Shown here one piece after another: positions 48,870 to 59,091 of a stretch of 64,000 nucleotides of DNA. The notes under the pieces were generated by a model. It searched no databases, was not told the origin of the DNA, and was given only the letters and a program-made list of their open reading frames with translations. The position numbers and the translations under genes were made by a program. This stretch comes from an uncultured Gemmatimonadales bacterium. Its GTDB lineage: Bacteria; Gemmatimonadota; Gemmatimonadetes; Longimicrobiales; RSA9. The stretch's first letter is position 1. Each line of letters begins with the position of its first letter. Location of the stretch: positions 608,001-672,000 of the forward strand of contig CAWCUS010000002.1 in the NCBI GenBank assembly GCA_963798845.1, read 5' to 3'.

Positions 48870-50213
48870 ATGCCCGGATCGAGGGTCCTGATCGCGGACG
48901 ACGAGAAGAACGTGGCCGAAGGCCTCCAGATGATCCTGTCCGACGAAGGATACGACGCCGACATGGCGAAGGACGGGGAGGAGGCGTGGGAGAAGGTCCA
49001 GTCGAACGAGTTCGGGCTGGTGCTCGCCGATCTGAAGATGCCGAAGCTGGACGGCCTGGAGCTGTTCGCGAAGATGCGGGAGTCCGGGATCGACAGCGAG
49101 TTCATCATGATCACGGGAGACGCGTCGGTCGACTCGGCCGTGGAGGCGATGCGGCACGGTGCCTACGACTACCTGAAGAAGCCGCTGGACCTGGAGCGCC
49201 TGAAGGCGCTGATCCCGAAAGCGCTGGAGAAGTACGAGGTCCGGAACGCCAACCTGCAGCTCCAGAAGAAGCTCGAGAGCCTCACGAAGTACGAGGACAT
49301 GATCGGGCAGTCGGAAGAGATGCGAGAGATCTTCACGGTCATCGAGGCCGTGGCGCCCTCGAACGTCAGCGTTCTCATCATCGGCGAGAGCGGGACCGGG
49401 AAGGAGCTCGTCGCCCGGGCCATGCACCAGAAGTCGGGCCGGAAGAAGGGGCCGTTCATCGCCCTGAACTGCGGCGCGTTCCCCCGCGAGATCCTGGAGA
49501 ACGAGCTGTTCGGGCACGAGAAGGGCGCGTTCACCGGGGCGACGAACGAGAAGCCGGGCGCATTCGAGCTCGCCGACGGCGGCACGCTGTTCCTCGACGA
49601 GGTGGCGGAGATGGAGCCGGACGTGCAGGTGAAGTTCCTGCGCGCGCTGGAGCAGCGGGCGTTCCGTCGCCTGGGCGGCAAGAAGGAGATCAACGTCGAC
49701 ATCAGGGTGATCGCGGCCACGAACAAGGACGTGGAGAAGGCGCTGGCGGATGGGGACCTGCGCGAAGATCTTTACCACCGCCTGGCCGTGATCCCGCTCA
49801 CGCTCCCTCCGCTGCGGGACCGCGGGCCCGACCTCAAGCTGCTGGCGCAGGAATTCCTCCAGCGCTACGCCGAGGAGCACGGCAAGGAGGTCGCCGGTTT
49901 CAGCGAGGGCGCGCTGGAATACATCCAGACCTATGCCTGGCCGGGGAACGTTCGCGAGCTGAAGAACGCGATCGAGCGGGCCGTGATCCTGGCGAAGGAG
50001 GACCGGATCGAGGTCGACGACCTGCGCCCTCGCCAGACGGCGCTCGCCGAGCGCGAGGCGCGGATCTCGGTGGGCTCCAGCCTGGAGGAGGCCGCGCGCA
50101 TCATGATGCTCAAGACGCTCGCGTTCACGAACGGCAATGTGAAGAAGGCCGCGAGCATCCTCGGTTGCACGCAGAAGAAGCTGAAGGACACCGTGACGGA
50201 CGCCGTGAAGTGA
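48870..50213 (+). CDS. Sigma-54-dependent response regulator (NtrC/AtoC family)
   Basis: REC domain, GESGTGKE, GAFTGA, LFLDEV, WPGNVREL, Fis-type HTH. Confidence 0.93.
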   Translation: MPGSRVLIADDEKNVAEGLQMILSDEGYDADMAKDGEEAWEKVQSNEFGLVLADLKMPKLDGLELFAKMRESGIDSEFIMITGDASVDSAVEAMRHGAYDYLKKPLDLERLKALIPKALEKYEVRNANLQLQKKLESLTKYEDMIGQSEEMREIFTVIEAVAPSNVSVLIIGESGTGKELVARAMHQKSGRKKGPFIALNCGAFPREILENELFGHEKGAFTGATNEKPGAFELADGGTLFLDEVAEMEPDVQVKFLRALEQRAFRRLGGKKEINVDIRVIAATNKDVEKALADGDLREDLYHRLAVIPLTLPPLRDRGPDLKLLAQEFLQRYAEEHGKEVAGFSEGALEYIQTYAWPGNVRELKNAIERAVILAKEDRIEVDDLRPRQTALAEREARISVGSSLEEAARIMMLKTLAFTNGNVKKAASILGCTQKKLKDTVTDAVK

Positions 50214-50250
50214 TCGGGCGCCCGACCGCGAAGCCACCACAGGAGGTACC

Positions 50251-50727
50251 ATGGCCGACCACGACGACGGCTACATCATCATCGAGCACCACAGCGGCAG
50301 CTTCGGCACCTTCGTCTGGGGGCTGCTCCTGGGCGCCGGGGCCGCGCTTCTCTTCGCTCCCAAGTCCGGGCGCGAGACGCGCCGGGAGCTGGGCGACAGC
50401 ATGAACCGCGTGCGCGACGATCTCGAGGGACGGATGCGCGACGTCCAGGAGACCGTCTCCGGCGCAGTCGGCGACGTGCGCCGCCAGTTCGAGGATGGCC
50501 TCGAAGACGCCCGGCAGGCCGTGGACGCAGGCCGTGCCGCGGCCCGCAAGTCCCGCGACGACATGGAGCGGCGCGTACGCGAGTCCACGGCCGCGTTCCG
50601 CTCCGGCTACGACGCTGCCCGTGCCACCTCCACCTCCGCCGCCACCGGCGTCGAGGAGATGGAGATGGAGCTGGAGGTCGAGCTCGATGCCGAAGGGGGC
50701 GCCTCGGACGAGCCGACCGAAGCCTGA
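50251..50727 (+). CDS. YtxH domain protein
   Basis: GLLLGAGAALLFAPKSGRETR. Confidence 0.85.
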   Translation: MADHDDGYIIIEHHSGSFGTFVWGLLLGAGAALLFAPKSGRETRRELGDSMNRVRDDLEGRMRDVQETVSGAVGDVRRQFEDGLEDARQAVDAGRAAARKSRDDMERRVRESTAAFRSGYDAARATSTSAATGVEEMEMELEVELDAEGGASDEPTEA

Positions 50728-50738
50728 TCCGCTGACGG

Positions 50739-51794
50739 ATGGCGGAATCGGCCGGGAACGCGAACGCTGAGGACGGGTCTGAGCCGAAGGCGGAGCCGGC
50801 CGACCCGGAAGGCGCCGGACAGGTCGCCGGACGGGAGGCGCGCGTCTCCGGGGCCGGTCTCGGGATCGAGGAGCCGCCGCCGGCGCCCCCCCGGCCCCGC
50901 GTCCAGCGCTCCTGGCTCGAGCGGTTCGGCGGGGGTGCGCGCGATCTGGCTCGCGGCGTCTGGCGCAAGGGCGAGCAGGACAACGTCTTCTTCCTGGCCG
51001 GCGCCATCGCGTTCAACGTGCTGGTGGCTTTTCTGCCGCTCGCCATCGCCATTGTCGGCATCGCGGGGACCGTGCTGCGCTTCCAGGGCGCGGACGCCGA
51101 GCAGACGCTCCTGAACTACCTGTCGCGCACCATCCCGACCGCGGTGAACCTGAACGTCAAGCCGATCCTGGACGCGCTGGCGGCGAAGAGCACGGGCATC
51201 CTGAGCGTCGGCACGCTGTTCTTCCTCTGGGTCGCCACCCGGCTCGTGGGGACCCTCCGCACCGTCCTGCGCGAGATCTTCGACATCGCCGAAGGCCGCA
51301 GCATCATCTCGGGAAAGCTGTTCGACATCAGGATGGTGTTCGCCGCAGGGACGCTCTTCGCCCTCAACGTGTCGCTCACCCTGGGCCTCCGCCTGGGCGC
51401 GCAGTTCGTCTCGCGCGGGCTCCGCATCGATCCGGCCGCGATCCTGGTGGTGAGCATCGCCCGCGAGTGGTGGCCGCAGCTGGTGGCGTTCCTCACCATC
51501 TGGGTCATGTTCTTCCTCGTCTACCGCTACCTCCCGCCCCGGCGGATCCGGTGGAGCACCGCCCTCATCGCGGCCACCTTCACGGCGTGCCTGGGCGAAG
51601 CGCTCAAGTACGCCTTCAGCTGGTACGTCACCAACGTCGCAGACTACCGCTCCGCGTGGGGGAACATCGCCACCTTCATCATCCTGGTGCTGTGGATCTA
51701 TTACAGCGCCATCGTGTTCATCCTCGGCGGTGAGGTGGCACAGGTCGTTTCCATGCAGCGGACGCGGCGGCGCCAGAAGGAGCGGCTCGGATGA
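50739..51794 (+). CDS. YihY/BrkB family membrane protein
   Basis: LAGAIAF, VYRYLP, WIYYSAIVFILGGE; multiple TM segments. Confidence 0.87.
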   Translation: MAESAGNANAEDGSEPKAEPADPEGAGQVAGREARVSGAGLGIEEPPPAPPRPRVQRSWLERFGGGARDLARGVWRKGEQDNVFFLAGAIAFNVLVAFLPLAIAIVGIAGTVLRFQGADAEQTLLNYLSRTIPTAVNLNVKPILDALAAKSTGILSVGTLFFLWVATRLVGTLRTVLREIFDIAEGRSIISGKLFDIRMVFAAGTLFALNVSLTLGLRLGAQFVSRGLRIDPAAILVVSIAREWWPQLVAFLTIWVMFFLVYRYLPPRRIRWSTALIAATFTACLGEALKYAFSWYVTNVADYRSAWGNIATFIILVLWIYYSAIVFILGGEVAQVVSMQRTRRRQKERLG

Positions 51795-51859
51795 GAGGCG
51801 TCGTCGTGGTCGCGTCTGGCTCGCTCGTCCTCGAATCCCGATCCCGCTAGATTAGCCGG

Positions 51860-52327
51860 ATGCCGAACGGACGACCGGACGGGAAGAAGGTGGTGGTGCG
51901 CAACAAGAAGGCGCGCCACGAGTTCGAGATCCTGGAGACGTACGAGGCAGGGCTCGTGCTCCGGGGTCCCGAGGTGAAGTCCATCCGGGAGGGACGCGCC
52001 AGCCTTTCGGAGGCGTTCGCACGCGTCGACGGCGGCGAGGTCTGGCTCTACGGCATGCACGTCACCCCGTACGACCCGGCATCCCGCTGGAACGCGGACC
52101 CGACTCGCCCGCGGAAGCTGCTCCTCAGGGCCCCCGAAATCCGCCGCCTCGTGGGCGCCGTGCAGGAGAAGGGGCTGGCCCTGGTCCCGCTCGAGCTGTA
52201 CTTCCGGCGCGGCCTGGCGAAGATCGAGCTCGCCCTGGCCCGCGGGAAGAAGCTCCACGACAAGCGCGAGACGCTGAAGCGCCGGACGCACCAACGGGAG
52301 ATGGAACGCGAGCTGGGGCAGCGCTGA
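51860..52327 (+). CDS. smpB: SsrA-binding protein
   Basis: NKKARHEF, EAGLVL.G.EVKSIR, RKLLL, GKKLHDKR. Confidence 0.96.
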   Translation: MPNGRPDGKKVVVRNKKARHEFEILETYEAGLVLRGPEVKSIREGRASLSEAFARVDGGEVWLYGMHVTPYDPASRWNADPTRPRKLLLRAPEIRRLVGAVQEKGLALVPLELYFRRGLAKIELALARGKKLHDKRETLKRRTHQREMERELGQR

Positions 52328-53514
52328 TGCGATCGCGACTCTGGCCGGCGCTGCTGCCCCTGCTCCTGTCCCTCGCGGCGACGGCGCGGGCGCAGACCCT
52401 GCCGCCTCCCCTCGAGGTGCGCGGCGACGGCGACCCCGTCAAAGTCTCCGTCGGCATGCACCGCGGGTACCCCGCCTATCCGGCCTGGGTGCTCCGGGCC
52501 GTCGGCGCCCGCGTGGATCCCACCCCCGACGGCGTGCGCGTCGTGTTCGACGCCGACACGCTCCTCTTCCACCTCGGATCCCCGTTCTTCACGGCGGGCG
52601 GCACGCCCTGGCAGCTCGTGCAGCCGGTGTACCGCGAGGGCGGGGTGCTCTACCTCCCGCACCAGCTCTTCGCCGAATGGCTCCCGCGGAGCCACGGCGA
52701 CCGCATCGTCTACGACGCCGGGCGCCTCGAGCTCAGGCGCCAGCAGGCCTCCCGGCCGCCTTCGAAGGCGGCCGCGGATACGGCGGTCCCCGCCCGTGCA
52801 TCGCCCTCGCCCCTGGTGGTGATCGACCCCGGCCACGGCGGCGACGACTCGGGCGCCGTCGGGCCGAGCGGGCTGAAGGAGAAGGACGTCGTCCTGCAGG
52901 TGTCGAAGCGGCTTGCGAAGGTCCTGGTGGAGCGCGGGTACGAGGTGCGCCTGACCCGCACGACGGACACGCTGATCCCGCTGGCGCAGCGACCGCACCT
53001 GGCGAACGGCTGGCGGGGCGGCCGTCCGGGATTGTTCATCTCCATCCATGCGAACAACTTCCGCGACCGGCGAGTGAAAGGGTTCGAGACCTTCTTCCTC
53101 TCGACTGCCCGCACCGAGGACGAGCGCCGCGTCGCCGAAATGGAGAACTCGGCCGTGGAGTACGAGACACCCGGCCATACCGTCACCGAAACGGACGACC
53201 TCTCGCTGATCCTGAACAACCTGCGCAACGACTTCTACATCCGCGCCTCCCACGCCCTCGCGGGACTGGTTCAGAAAGAGTTCGCGCCGTTCCAGGACGG
53301 GGACGACCGCGGCGTGAAGCAGGCCGGCTTTCGCGTCCTGGTAGGGGCCTTCATGCCGGCGGTGCTGGTGGAGCTGGCGTTCATCTCGAACCCCGCGGAG
53401 GAGCGCCTGCTGGGCTCCGGCTCCTTCCAGGTCAAGCTCGCCAACGGGGTGGCGGACGCGGTGGACGACTTCTTCCGCGAATACGACGGCCTCTGGACGG
53501 GCGCGAGCCCGTGA
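52327..53514 (+). CDS. N-acetylmuramoyl-L-alanine amidase (Amidase_3)
   Basis: IDPGHGG.D.GA, EKDV, FISIHAN, PAVLVELAFISN; signal peptide. Confidence 0.92.
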   Translation: MRSRLWPALLPLLLSLAATARAQTLPPPLEVRGDGDPVKVSVGMHRGYPAYPAWVLRAVGARVDPTPDGVRVVFDADTLLFHLGSPFFTAGGTPWQLVQPVYREGGVLYLPHQLFAEWLPRSHGDRIVYDAGRLELRRQQASRPPSKAAADTAVPARASPSPLVVIDPGHGGDDSGAVGPSGLKEKDVVLQVSKRLAKVLVERGYEVRLTRTTDTLIPLAQRPHLANGWRGGRPGLFISIHANNFRDRRVKGFETFFLSTARTEDERRVAEMENSAVEYETPGHTVTETDDLSLILNNLRNDFYIRASHALAGLVQKEFAPFQDGDDRGVKQAGFRVLVGAFMPAVLVELAFISNPAEERLLGSGSFQVKLANGVADAVDDFFREYDGLWTGASP

Positions 53515-53521
53515 GCCGGGC

Positions 53522-54457
53522 GTGAACCTCGACCAGGACGTCTTCGGCGCCCGGTTCCAGAACCCCGTGCTCCTCGCCAGCGGGACGGCCGGGTACGGCC
53601 AGGAGCTCGATCGGATCCTGGATCTCGACGCCCTGGGCGGCCTGGTCACGAAAGCCGTGACGCCCGAACCTCGCGTGGGCAACCCGGCGCTGCGCGCCGC
53701 GGAATACTGGTCGGGGATGCTGAACTCGGTCGGGCTCGCCAATGTGGGGCTCGACGCGTTCCGTGCGGAGAAGCTTCCCTGGCTGCGCGACCGACTGCGC
53801 GCCGCGCACGTGCTGGTGAACGTCGCCGGGGGGGTGGTGGAGGACTACGTGGCCGTGGTGGACGGTCTGGACGGGGAAGAGGGGTTCCTCGGCTACGAGC
53901 TGAACGTGTCGTGCCCCAACGTGAAGGAGGGCGGCGCGGCGTTCTGCGCCCGCCGTGAGCTGCTGCACGAGGTGGTGGCCGCGGTGCGCGCGCGCACCCG
54001 GCGGCCGCTGGTGGTGAAGCTGGCGCCCAACCTCCCCGACATCGCCGGGACCGCCGAAGCGGCGGTGACGGCGGGGGCGGATGGGCTGACGCTCATCAAC
54101 ACGTTCCCGGGTCTCCTGTTCGACCTGGAGACCCGACGCTCGGTGCTCGGGGCGGGGACCGGGGGGGTGAGCGGGCCGGGGATCCTGCCCATGGGGGTGC
54201 ACGCGGTGTGGAGCGTGCGCCAGCGCGTCGATGTCCCCATCATCGGTGTGGGTGGTATCCGGACGGGGGAGGACGCGGTACAGTACCTGCTCGCGGGGGC
54301 ATCCCTCGTCGCCCTCGGAACCGCTACATTCGCGGACCCGCGCACAGCGGAACGGGTATTGAGAGAACTGCGGCGATACGGCCGCAGACACGGCATCTCC
54401 CACGTGCGGACGCTCATCGGGACCGGGCGTCTGGACGATCAGCGAGACGATCGATGA
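53522..54457 (+). CDS. pyrD: Dihydroorotate dehydrogenase, family 1 catalytic subunit
   Basis: ASGT, MLNSVGLAN, ELNVSCPN, VKLAPN, INT, GGVSG. Confidence 0.92.
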   Translation: MNLDQDVFGARFQNPVLLASGTAGYGQELDRILDLDALGGLVTKAVTPEPRVGNPALRAAEYWSGMLNSVGLANVGLDAFRAEKLPWLRDRLRAAHVLVNVAGGVVEDYVAVVDGLDGEEGFLGYELNVSCPNVKEGGAAFCARRELLHEVVAAVRARTRRPLVVKLAPNLPDIAGTAEAAVTAGADGLTLINTFPGLLFDLETRRSVLGAGTGGVSGPGILPMGVHAVWSVRQRVDVPIIGVGGIRTGEDAVQYLLAGASLVALGTATFADPRTAERVLRELRRYGRRHGISHVRTLIGTGRLDDQRDDR

Positions 54458-55176
54458 AGAGCCTTATCATCGCCCTCGACCTGCCCACGGCTGGCGAAGC
54501 GCTCGGCCTCGTGGAACGGCTGGGTGATTCTTCGGAGTACTACAAGGTGGGCGCCCAGCTCTTCACGCGTGAGGGGCCGGCGCTCGTGCAGGAGCTGAAG
54601 GACCGGGGCAAGCGCGTGTTCCTCGACCTCAAGTACCACGACATCCCGCACACCGTGGCCCGCGCGGTCGCGGCGGCTCGGGAGTTGGGCGTGGAGATGC
54701 TGACCCTGCACGCCTCGGGCGGCCGCGCCATGCTGGAGGCCGCACGGGAGGTGGTGAGCCCCGGGGAGGAGGGGGCGCCACTGCTCCTGGGCGTGACGCT
54801 GCTCACGTCCGTCACCGCGGCGGACGTGGAGGAGGTCTGGGGCAAGGAGCTGCGCTCGCTGCGCGACGACGTCGGCCGGCTGGCGGCGCTGGCCGCCGAT
54901 GCCGGGCTGGACGGCGTCGTCTCATCCGCGCTGGAGGTGGAGACGCTGAAGCGGAAACACGGGGCGGCGTTCGTGGTGGTCACCCCGGGGATCCGGCTGA
55001 CGGGAGAGGTCTCGGGCGACCAGGCGCGGATCGCCACGCCCACGGAGGCGGTGAAATCCGGGAGCGACTACCTGGTCGTGGGCCGGCCGGTCTACGAGGC
55101 GGAAGACCCGGCGGCGGTGGTGCGGACGATCATGGCCGAAGTGGCCGGAGCCCGGGAATCCGACGTCGCCGTATGA
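54454..55176 (+). CDS. pyrF: Orotidine-5'-phosphate decarboxylase
   Basis: IALD, FLDLKYHDIPHT, TPGIR, VVGRP. Confidence 0.95.
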   Translation: MKSLIIALDLPTAGEALGLVERLGDSSEYYKVGAQLFTREGPALVQELKDRGKRVFLDLKYHDIPHTVARAVAAARELGVEMLTLHASGGRAMLEAAREVVSPGEEGAPLLLGVTLLTSVTAADVEEVWGKELRSLRDDVGRLAALAADAGLDGVVSSALEVETLKRKHGAAFVVVTPGIRLTGEVSGDQARIATPTEAVKSGSDYLVVGRPVYEAEDPAAVVRTIMAEVAGARESDVAV

Positions 55177-55598
55177 CCCGAGCGCTGGTGGCCGCCCTCG
55201 TGCTCGCCGCCTCCCCTGCGGCGCTGTCGGCCCAGGACCCCATCGGGCCGATGCTCCATCGCTTCTCCACGCTGTGGCAGCGCGGGGATGCCGCCGCCCT
55301 GGCCGAGTACGGCGCCAGCGCGGGGATCGAGCTCGAGATCGAGGGTGAGCCGATCGGATTGATCACCGGACGCAAGCTTTCCGCCGCGCTCCGCGGCGTG
55401 TTCGCCAACCAGGAGACCGTGTCGGTGATCCCCGGGATGAGCGAGCGGGTGGCCGGCGTGGACGACCGCGCGTTCGCCGAGCTGCGCTGGATGCTCCGAC
55501 CCGCGGGCGCCGTCGCACCCGAGCGCCACACCGTTTTCCTCGGACTGGTGCGGGAGCGCGACGGCTGGCGCGTGTCGCAGATCCGGATCCTGAGGTAG
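55173..55598 (+). CDS. Secreted hypothetical protein (possibly NTF2-like)
   Basis: Signal peptide; ATGA overlap with pyrF; C-terminal GWRVSQIRI. Confidence 0.6.
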   Translation: MTRALVAALVLAASPAALSAQDPIGPMLHRFSTLWQRGDAAALAEYGASAGIELEIEGEPIGLITGRKLSAALRGVFANQETVSVIPGMSERVAGVDDRAFAELRWMLRPAGAVAPERHTVFLGLVRERDGWRVSQIRILR

Positions 55599-56615
55599 AT
55601 GGTCGGGCTCCTCGGCAGCATCCTGGCCCTGCAGCAAGCCCGGACGGGCGACACCATCGGCTTGTCGAAGGGTGTCGGGCAGATCGTGGACACCGTCGCC
55701 GCCCGTTTCGAGGCCGCGAAGGCGCACGGGCTCCGTGCACTGGTGAACTGGCCGGAGCTGGTGGCGGACTTCGTCCGGGTCGCTTTCATCCTGCTCCTGG
55801 CGTACATCGCCTACCGCCTGCTGAAGGTGTTCACCCGGCGGCTGCAGCGCGAAGTGGACGAGCCGGACATGGTCCGCAAGCGGCTGCGCGAGCAGCGCGC
55901 CCAGACCATGGCGAGCCTGCTGAACAACGTCGGGCTCATCACCATCGCGGTCCTCGCCGCGCTGATGATCCTCGGCACCTTCATCGAGATCGGTCCCCTC
56001 CTCGCCGGCGTCGGCGTGCTCGGCCTGGCCTTCTCCTTCGGTGCCCAGACGCTCGTCAAGGACCTCATCGCCGGCGGCTTCATGCTCGTGGAAGGCCAGT
56101 TCGCGGTGGGCGACGTGGTGCGCGTGGGCGACACGGCCGGCATGGTCGAGAAGATGACGCTCCGCACCATGGTGCTACGCGACGTCAACGGCGTGGTGCA
56201 CATCATCCCGAACGGCTCGGTCGAGATGCTGAGCAACCTGACCAAGAACTGGTCGCGCGCGGTGCTGGAGATCGGCGTCGCCTACAAGGAGGACGTCGAC
56301 CGCGTCATGGAGGTCATGCGCGACGAAGCGATCCGGATGTGGAAGGACGCCGACTGGGCGCCGCTCATCGTGGAGGAGCCCACGGTCCCCGGGGTCGAGC
56401 GCTTCGACGACTCGGCCGTGGTCATCCGCGTGATGTTCAAGACACTCCCCCTCAAGCAGTGGGACGTGGCGCGACAGTTCCGGCGCCGGATCAAGAACCG
56501 TCTCGACGACGAGGGGATCGAGATCCCGTTCCCGCACCGCACGCTCTACTGGGGCACCGAGGGCGAGCAGAATCCCGGCCTGGCCAGGGCCGCGGCGGAG
56601 CGCGGCAACAGCTAA
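55599..56615 (+). CDS. Small-conductance mechanosensitive channel (MscS family)
   Basis: GLAFSFGAQTLVKD, GDVV, IPNG, GIEIPFP. Confidence 0.92.
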   Translation: MVGLLGSILALQQARTGDTIGLSKGVGQIVDTVAARFEAAKAHGLRALVNWPELVADFVRVAFILLLAYIAYRLLKVFTRRLQREVDEPDMVRKRLREQRAQTMASLLNNVGLITIAVLAALMILGTFIEIGPLLAGVGVLGLAFSFGAQTLVKDLIAGGFMLVEGQFAVGDVVRVGDTAGMVEKMTLRTMVLRDVNGVVHIIPNGSVEMLSNLTKNWSRAVLEIGVAYKEDVDRVMEVMRDEAIRMWKDADWAPLIVEEPTVPGVERFDDSAVVIRVMFKTLPLKQWDVARQFRRRIKNRLDDEGIEIPFPHRTLYWGTEGEQNPGLARAAAERGNS

Positions 56616-56640
56616 CCCGACCCGGAACACACGGATTCCG

Positions 56641-58104
56641 ATGGCCCTGCGGTTCTACAACACCCTCACCCGCGCAGTCGAGCCCTTCGCGCCGCTCCAC
56701 GAAGGGCGAGTCGGCCTCTACGCCTGCGGCCCGACGGTCTACCAGCTCCCGCACGTGGGGAACTACCGCACGTTCCTGTTCGACGACCTCCTCCACCGCT
56801 ACCTGGAGTGGAAGGGGTACGACGTGCGCTACGTCATGAACCTGACGGACGTGGACGACAAGATCATCGCCAACGCCCGCGCCGCGGGCGTGCCGATCGC
56901 CGAGTACACGACGCCCTACATCGACGGCTTCATGAAGGAGCTCGAGCGCCTCGGCGTGCGGCCGGCCGATGTGTATCCCCGCGCCACCGCCAGCCTCGAC
57001 GCCATGCGGGGGCTGGTGGAGCGGCTGGTGGAGAACGGCCACGCCTACCGCGCAGACGACGGGTCGGTCTACTACGACATCTCCTCGTTCGGCGGCTACG
57101 GCAAGCTGTCGCGCATCCCGCTCGACGAGGTGCGCCAGGGCGAACGCGTGGCCACGGACGAGTACGAGAAGGCCGATGCCCGCGACTTCGCGCTCTGGAA
57201 GGCGGCCAAGGAAGTGGACCGGGAGGTCGGCGCGGCCTGGGCGTCGCCGTGGGGCGAGGGTCGCCCGGGATGGCACCTGGAGTGCTCCGCCATGAGCATG
57301 GCGCACCTGGGCGAGACCTTCGACATCCACACCGGCGGCGAGGACCTCGTCTTCCCGCACCACGAGGACGAGATCGCGCAGTCCGAGGGCGCCACCGGCC
57401 GCCCGTTCGTGCGATACTGGCTGCACGCCCGTCACCTCATGATGGACACCGAGAAGATGTCCAAGTCCCTCGGCAACGTCGTCCGGGTCACCGACATCCT
57501 GGACGCCGGCTACCCTCCCGTCGCGCTCCGCTACCTCCTCGTCTCCGCCCACTATCGCAAGGAGCTCCGCTTCTCCTACGACGCGCTGGACGACGCCCGC
57601 GCCGCCACCCGCCGGATCCTGGATTTCCGCGATCGGCTGACCGACGCGGCCCTGGCGGCAAGCGGGGCCGGCGACGACAGTGCAGCCGTCCGGCTCCCGG
57701 ATGCCGGGCTGCCGGCTCTGGCCGACGCAGCCGTGGCCGGCTTCGAGGCCGGGCTCGATGACGACCTGAACACGCCCGCCGCCCTGGCCGCGCTGTTCAC
57801 GTTCATCCGCCAGGTGAATGCCGCCCTGGACGGGGTCGGGGCCGTCGCGCCTGACGCGCTGGAGCGGGCCAGCTCCGCGCTGTCGTCGATGGACGACGTG
57901 CTGGGAATCCTCGAGCTCGCCGACCGCCGCGAAGGCCCTGCGGAGGCGCTGGTCGCGCGCGTCGAGGGCCTCATCGCGGATCGCCAGCAGGCCAGGAAGG
58001 ACCGCGACTTCGCCCGCGCGGACGCCATCCGCGACGAGATCGCCGCCATGGGCGTGATCCTGGAGGACACGCCGCAGGGGCCGCGCTGGAAGCCGGCGGA
58101 CTGA
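56641..58104 (+). CDS. cysS: Cysteine--tRNA ligase
   Basis: [38 protein letters not shown]. Confidence 0.97.
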   Translation: MALRFYNTLTRAVEPFAPLHEGRVGLYACGPTVYQLPHVGNYRTFLFDDLLHRYLEWKGYDVRYVMNLTDVDDKIIANARAAGVPIAEYTTPYIDGFMKELERLGVRPADVYPRATASLDAMRGLVERLVENGHAYRADDGSVYYDISSFGGYGKLSRIPLDEVRQGERVATDEYEKADARDFALWKAAKEVDREVGAAWASPWGEGRPGWHLECSAMSMAHLGETFDIHTGGEDLVFPHHEDEIAQSEGATGRPFVRYWLHARHLMMDTEKMSKSLGNVVRVTDILDAGYPPVALRYLLVSAHYRKELRFSYDALDDARAATRRILDFRDRLTDAALAASGAGDDSAAVRLPDAGLPALADAAVAGFEAGLDDDLNTPAALAALFTFIRQVNAALDGVGAVAPDALERASSALSSMDDVLGILELADRREGPAEALVARVEGLIADRQQARKDRDFARADAIRDEIAAMGVILEDTPQGPRWKPAD

Positions 58105-58169
58105 CTGCTGACGGGAACGCCCCTTGCGCCTTCGCCGCACCGACTTCGGACCTGTGCAGGGAGGCGGGC

Positions 58170-58730
58170 GTGCGACGGATCGGCGGGATCGGAGGGGCTC
58201 TGCTCCTCGCGGCGGTGGCGCTCGCCGGCTGCGACAGCAGCCGGGACAACGAGGGCTGGCAGCCGAATCAGACCATGCGGGACACGCTCCCGGCCGCGGC
58301 CACGCCGGCGGACTCCAGTGCGGGCCTGACCGTCACGCTGACCGAGTGGAACGTGCGCCTGGCCAGGGACACCGTCCCGCCCGGGATCCGGCATTTCCGC
58401 GCCAGGAACATCGGTGAGCTGAAGCACGTCCTGGCGGTGCAGGGCGGTGGCGGCGAGTGGCAGACGGACACCATCCCGCCCGGCGGCTGGGCCGCCCTGG
58501 ACGTGGACCTGCGCCCCGGGACGTACACGGTCTACTGCCCCCTCGACACCGATCGGGGCGACCACTCCCGGCTCGGCATGCAGACGTACCTGGCGGTCCT
58601 CCCCGAAGGCGGGTCTGCGACAGTCGGCTCCGAGCGCCCGCGGCCCGGTGCCGCGGAGCCGAGGGCCGGCCCGGCGGTGCGGAACCCGCAGGCCGATGCC
58701 GAGCCGCCCGACACGGGCGGACTGCCCTAG
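58170..58730 (+). CDS. Cupredoxin-fold lipoprotein with putative type-1 copper ligands
   Basis: Lipobox LAGC; N.G...H; PGTYTVYC-x8-H-x4-M. Confidence 0.72.
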   Translation: MRRIGGIGGALLLAAVALAGCDSSRDNEGWQPNQTMRDTLPAAATPADSSAGLTVTLTEWNVRLARDTVPPGIRHFRARNIGELKHVLAVQGGGGEWQTDTIPPGGWAALDVDLRPGTYTVYCPLDTDRGDHSRLGMQTYLAVLPEGGSATVGSERPRPGAAEPRAGPAVRNPQADAEPPDTGGLP

Positions 58731-58912
58731 CGCGTCCGGGACGCTTGCCATGCCTCCGCGCTCCAGGATCCTGGATGTGGCAGGCGTGCGGATCATCAGC
58801 GTGGACCGGGTGGCTGGCGACTGCTTCTTCCAGAAGCACGGCGGTGAAGGGACGCCTGAAGCCGTGCCGCGCGTGGACGTGCAGGGGCGGATCAGTACAG
58901 AGTGTCGGGGGA

Positions 58913-58985
58913 AGCCGGGTGGGGGACTCGAACCCCCGACCTGCTGATTACAAATCAGCTGCTCTGCCAACTGAGCTAACCCGGC
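58913..58985 (-). tRNA. tRNA-Thr(TGT)
   Basis: GCCGGGT acceptor stem, D arm GCTC/GAGC, anticodon arm GCTGA-TTTGTAA-TCAGC, T loop TTCGAGT. CCA is not encoded. Confidence 0.96.
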
Positions 58986-58995
58986 GAAGGCCAGG

Positions 58996-59024
58996 AATCT
59001 CGATCCGCCGGGTCCACGGGTCAA
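58996..59024 (-). promoter_or_regulatory. Candidate sigma70 promoter of tRNA-Thr
   Basis: TTGACC-N17-GAGATT ending 10 nt upstream of the tRNA 5' end. Confidence 0.5.
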
Positions 59025-59091
59025 CCGCGCTATCCGGCGGACGGTGACGGCGGGGGTCCGGCGCATGGGGCCGTTTGCCATAACGGTCGGT

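Noticed and set aside
51795..52327. tmRNA (ssrA) near smpB
   Set aside because: No intergenic space, and no tRNA-like ssrA ends found nearby.
58731..58985. Genomic island integrated at tRNA-Thr
   Set aside because: No integrase and no duplicated tRNA 3' end seen in the window; housekeeping cysS lies close to the 3' side.
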